This document shows positions 62,675 to 64,000 of a stretch of 64,000 nucleotides of DNA, piece by piece (position 1 is the first letter of the stretch; the number at the start of each line of letters is the position of its first letter). This DNA is from Nitrosopumilus sp. Lineage in GTDB: Archaea; Thermoproteota; Nitrososphaeria; Nitrososphaerales; Nitrosopumilaceae. Where the stretch lies: assembly GCA_965205675.1 (NCBI GenBank), contig OZ242186.1:512001-576000 (forward strand), given 5' to 3'. The position numbers were made by a program, and so were the translations under genes. The notes below the pieces were generated by a model. It did no database searches. It saw only the letters and a list, made by a program, of their open reading frames with translations, and was not told the DNA's origin.

Positions 62675-63102
62675 ATGTCAAAGAATAATTTTGTAGGTGC
62701 AACAGGAGCTTACTTTGTAGCAGGTGAACTATCCCGATTAGGGTATATTGCATTACTCGCAAATAGAAATGCTGTTGGAATCGGCATAATCGTTACAAAC
62801 CCTACTACATACAAATCAACAAACATTCAGGTCAAAACTACAGAAAAAAACCCATACTGGTTATTGAGTAAGAAAGACGAGGAGATACACGAAGACAATT
62901 TATTTTATGTGTTTGTGAAATTGGGTGAAAAATAGAATGCCATGTAATTCCAAATAATGTAGTTTCAAACAGAATAAAGAAAAACCATCAAGAATATCTC
63001 AATGCAAAGGATTCACGTGATAAGACTGCAACTCTTAGAAAGTTTGTTCTGTTAGAATCAGACAACTACCTTGACAAGTGGGAAAATCTGAAATTAGATT
63101 GA
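62675..63102 (+). pseudogene. Frameshifted PD-(D/E)XK (IQVK-type) nuclease
   Basis: GATGAYFVAGELSRLG...IQVKT...FYVFV; one-base loss in the A-run near 62930; downstream frame ends YLDKWENL; expected Asp appears as Gly. Confidence 0.7.
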
Positions 63103-63109
63103 TTGATTC

Positions 63110-63265
63110 ACCGACACGCAACACCTCAAAAGTCAGCTAAAATCACTTCTCTCTTTTACTGGAGTGGCTAGGCAACAGTTTGATGTGATTCCATAATCTC
63201 AGAAATTATTTGAAATTAAATTCAATGAAAGATAAGATTTTGTCTGTAATTACGCAAGAGGCCTA
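63110..63265 (+). mobile_element. Second, partial copy of the ISL2-like MITE, inverted relative to the first
   Basis: Reverse complement aligns with 60508-60665; ends GTAATTACGCAAGAGGCCTA. Confidence 0.82.
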
Positions 63266-63409
63266 ATCTAGGTGATTATCAACTATTTATCCTCAACATA
63301 TAATCAAGCAATAATGAGAAAGTATCTTCCATCTCTGTTGTTGTATCTCCATTCCATCTCTTTGATGTACAACAAGAATTAGGCACAAACTATCACAATT
63401 CTATAAAAT

Positions 63410-64000
63410 GAAAATTACTGAAACCACATATTAAATTTCTATTTTAGTGGGTTCTCCCATACGAAATTGTCTCTTATCCTACTGTGGACTCTTCTTAGTG
63501 TGCTTTGCTGAATCAGGACATCTGTGATTTGTCTTGCATTCTCTTATACTTTCTCTGCGTTAGTTCATGATTTTGTGTACGATACTTTTCAGAGTTTATT
63601 GGCATGAATCAAATTATTTCAAGCATTTGTCTTGCAGCTGCTACCTCTGCTTTTTGTTTTCCTCTTCTTTTTGCAATTCTGCTGTAAAATGATCCATTCT
63701 TGGATCAAATTGTATCGTAGTATTTGCAGCCTCTATCATTGCATTACGCAACCATGTAGAACCTCTTTTTGTTATACTTCCTCCTCTATGTATATCTGCA
63801 CTATCTCTATGTGATGGTGTGCACGTCCTGCATATGAGACTAATTTTTCTGCAGTTGATTCACATACTGCTTGCATGTCTTTACCATATGTCTTTTTGAT
63901 GTGTCTGATAAAACCCACTATTCCACTTGTTGTATTATCAAAACTTGACTGTTCTAGTTTCTTTCTGGATTCATTTTTTATTGTTGCAACACATTTTATT
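63410..64000 (-). mobile_element. Internally deleted IS110-family relic with 3' non-coding region (5' end outside window)
   Basis: KCVATIK...FDNTTSG...AVCESTA fused to LVSYAG...ITKRGSTWLRNAMIEAA...RRGKQKAEVAAARQML; stop at 63513. Confidence 0.8.

Overview
AT-rich archaeal chromosome segment, most likely a Nitrosopumilus-like ammonia-oxidising archaeon (Nitrosopumilaceae). This assignment is inferred from TBP, TFB, FEN-1, aEF-1beta, CDC48, Rad50, Pth2, cupredoxin proteins and the thaumarchaeal IPxWIKxxAGWW secreted-protein repeat. Most of the window is core genes: rad50 3' end, korAB, fen, cyoE/ctaB, cdc48, pth2, truD, ppa, tbp-tfb, pepF, pdaD, a DEAD-box helicase, tRNA-Ser(CGA) and tRNA-Thr(TGT). 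These are interrupted by many mobile elements and decayed genes: an intact-looking IS5 and IS3, four IS110 copies or fragments, IS66 and IS481 relics, two ISL2-like MITEs, and HNH, PD-(D/E)XK and Lrp pseudogenes. The most striking feature is at 29137-29345 (-). It is a non-canonical tRNA-like gene with alanine acceptor identity (G3.U70, A73) but a GAA (Phe) anticodon. It is interrupted by a CRISPR-like unit (37-bp perfect repeat, 35-bp spacer, 37-bp repeat; each repeat has a hairpin followed by ATTGAAAC), with a third degenerate repeat upstream and no cas genes in the window. Other notable signals are a second degenerate tRNA with a Ser-type body and GAA loop, a dispersed three-copy element with an invariant 32-nt hairpin core, conserved 3' non-coding motifs (candidate bridge/seekRNA) in two different IS110 elements, and a frameshift shared by two diverged IS110 copies. 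All calls were made by eye; no searches or folding programs were run.
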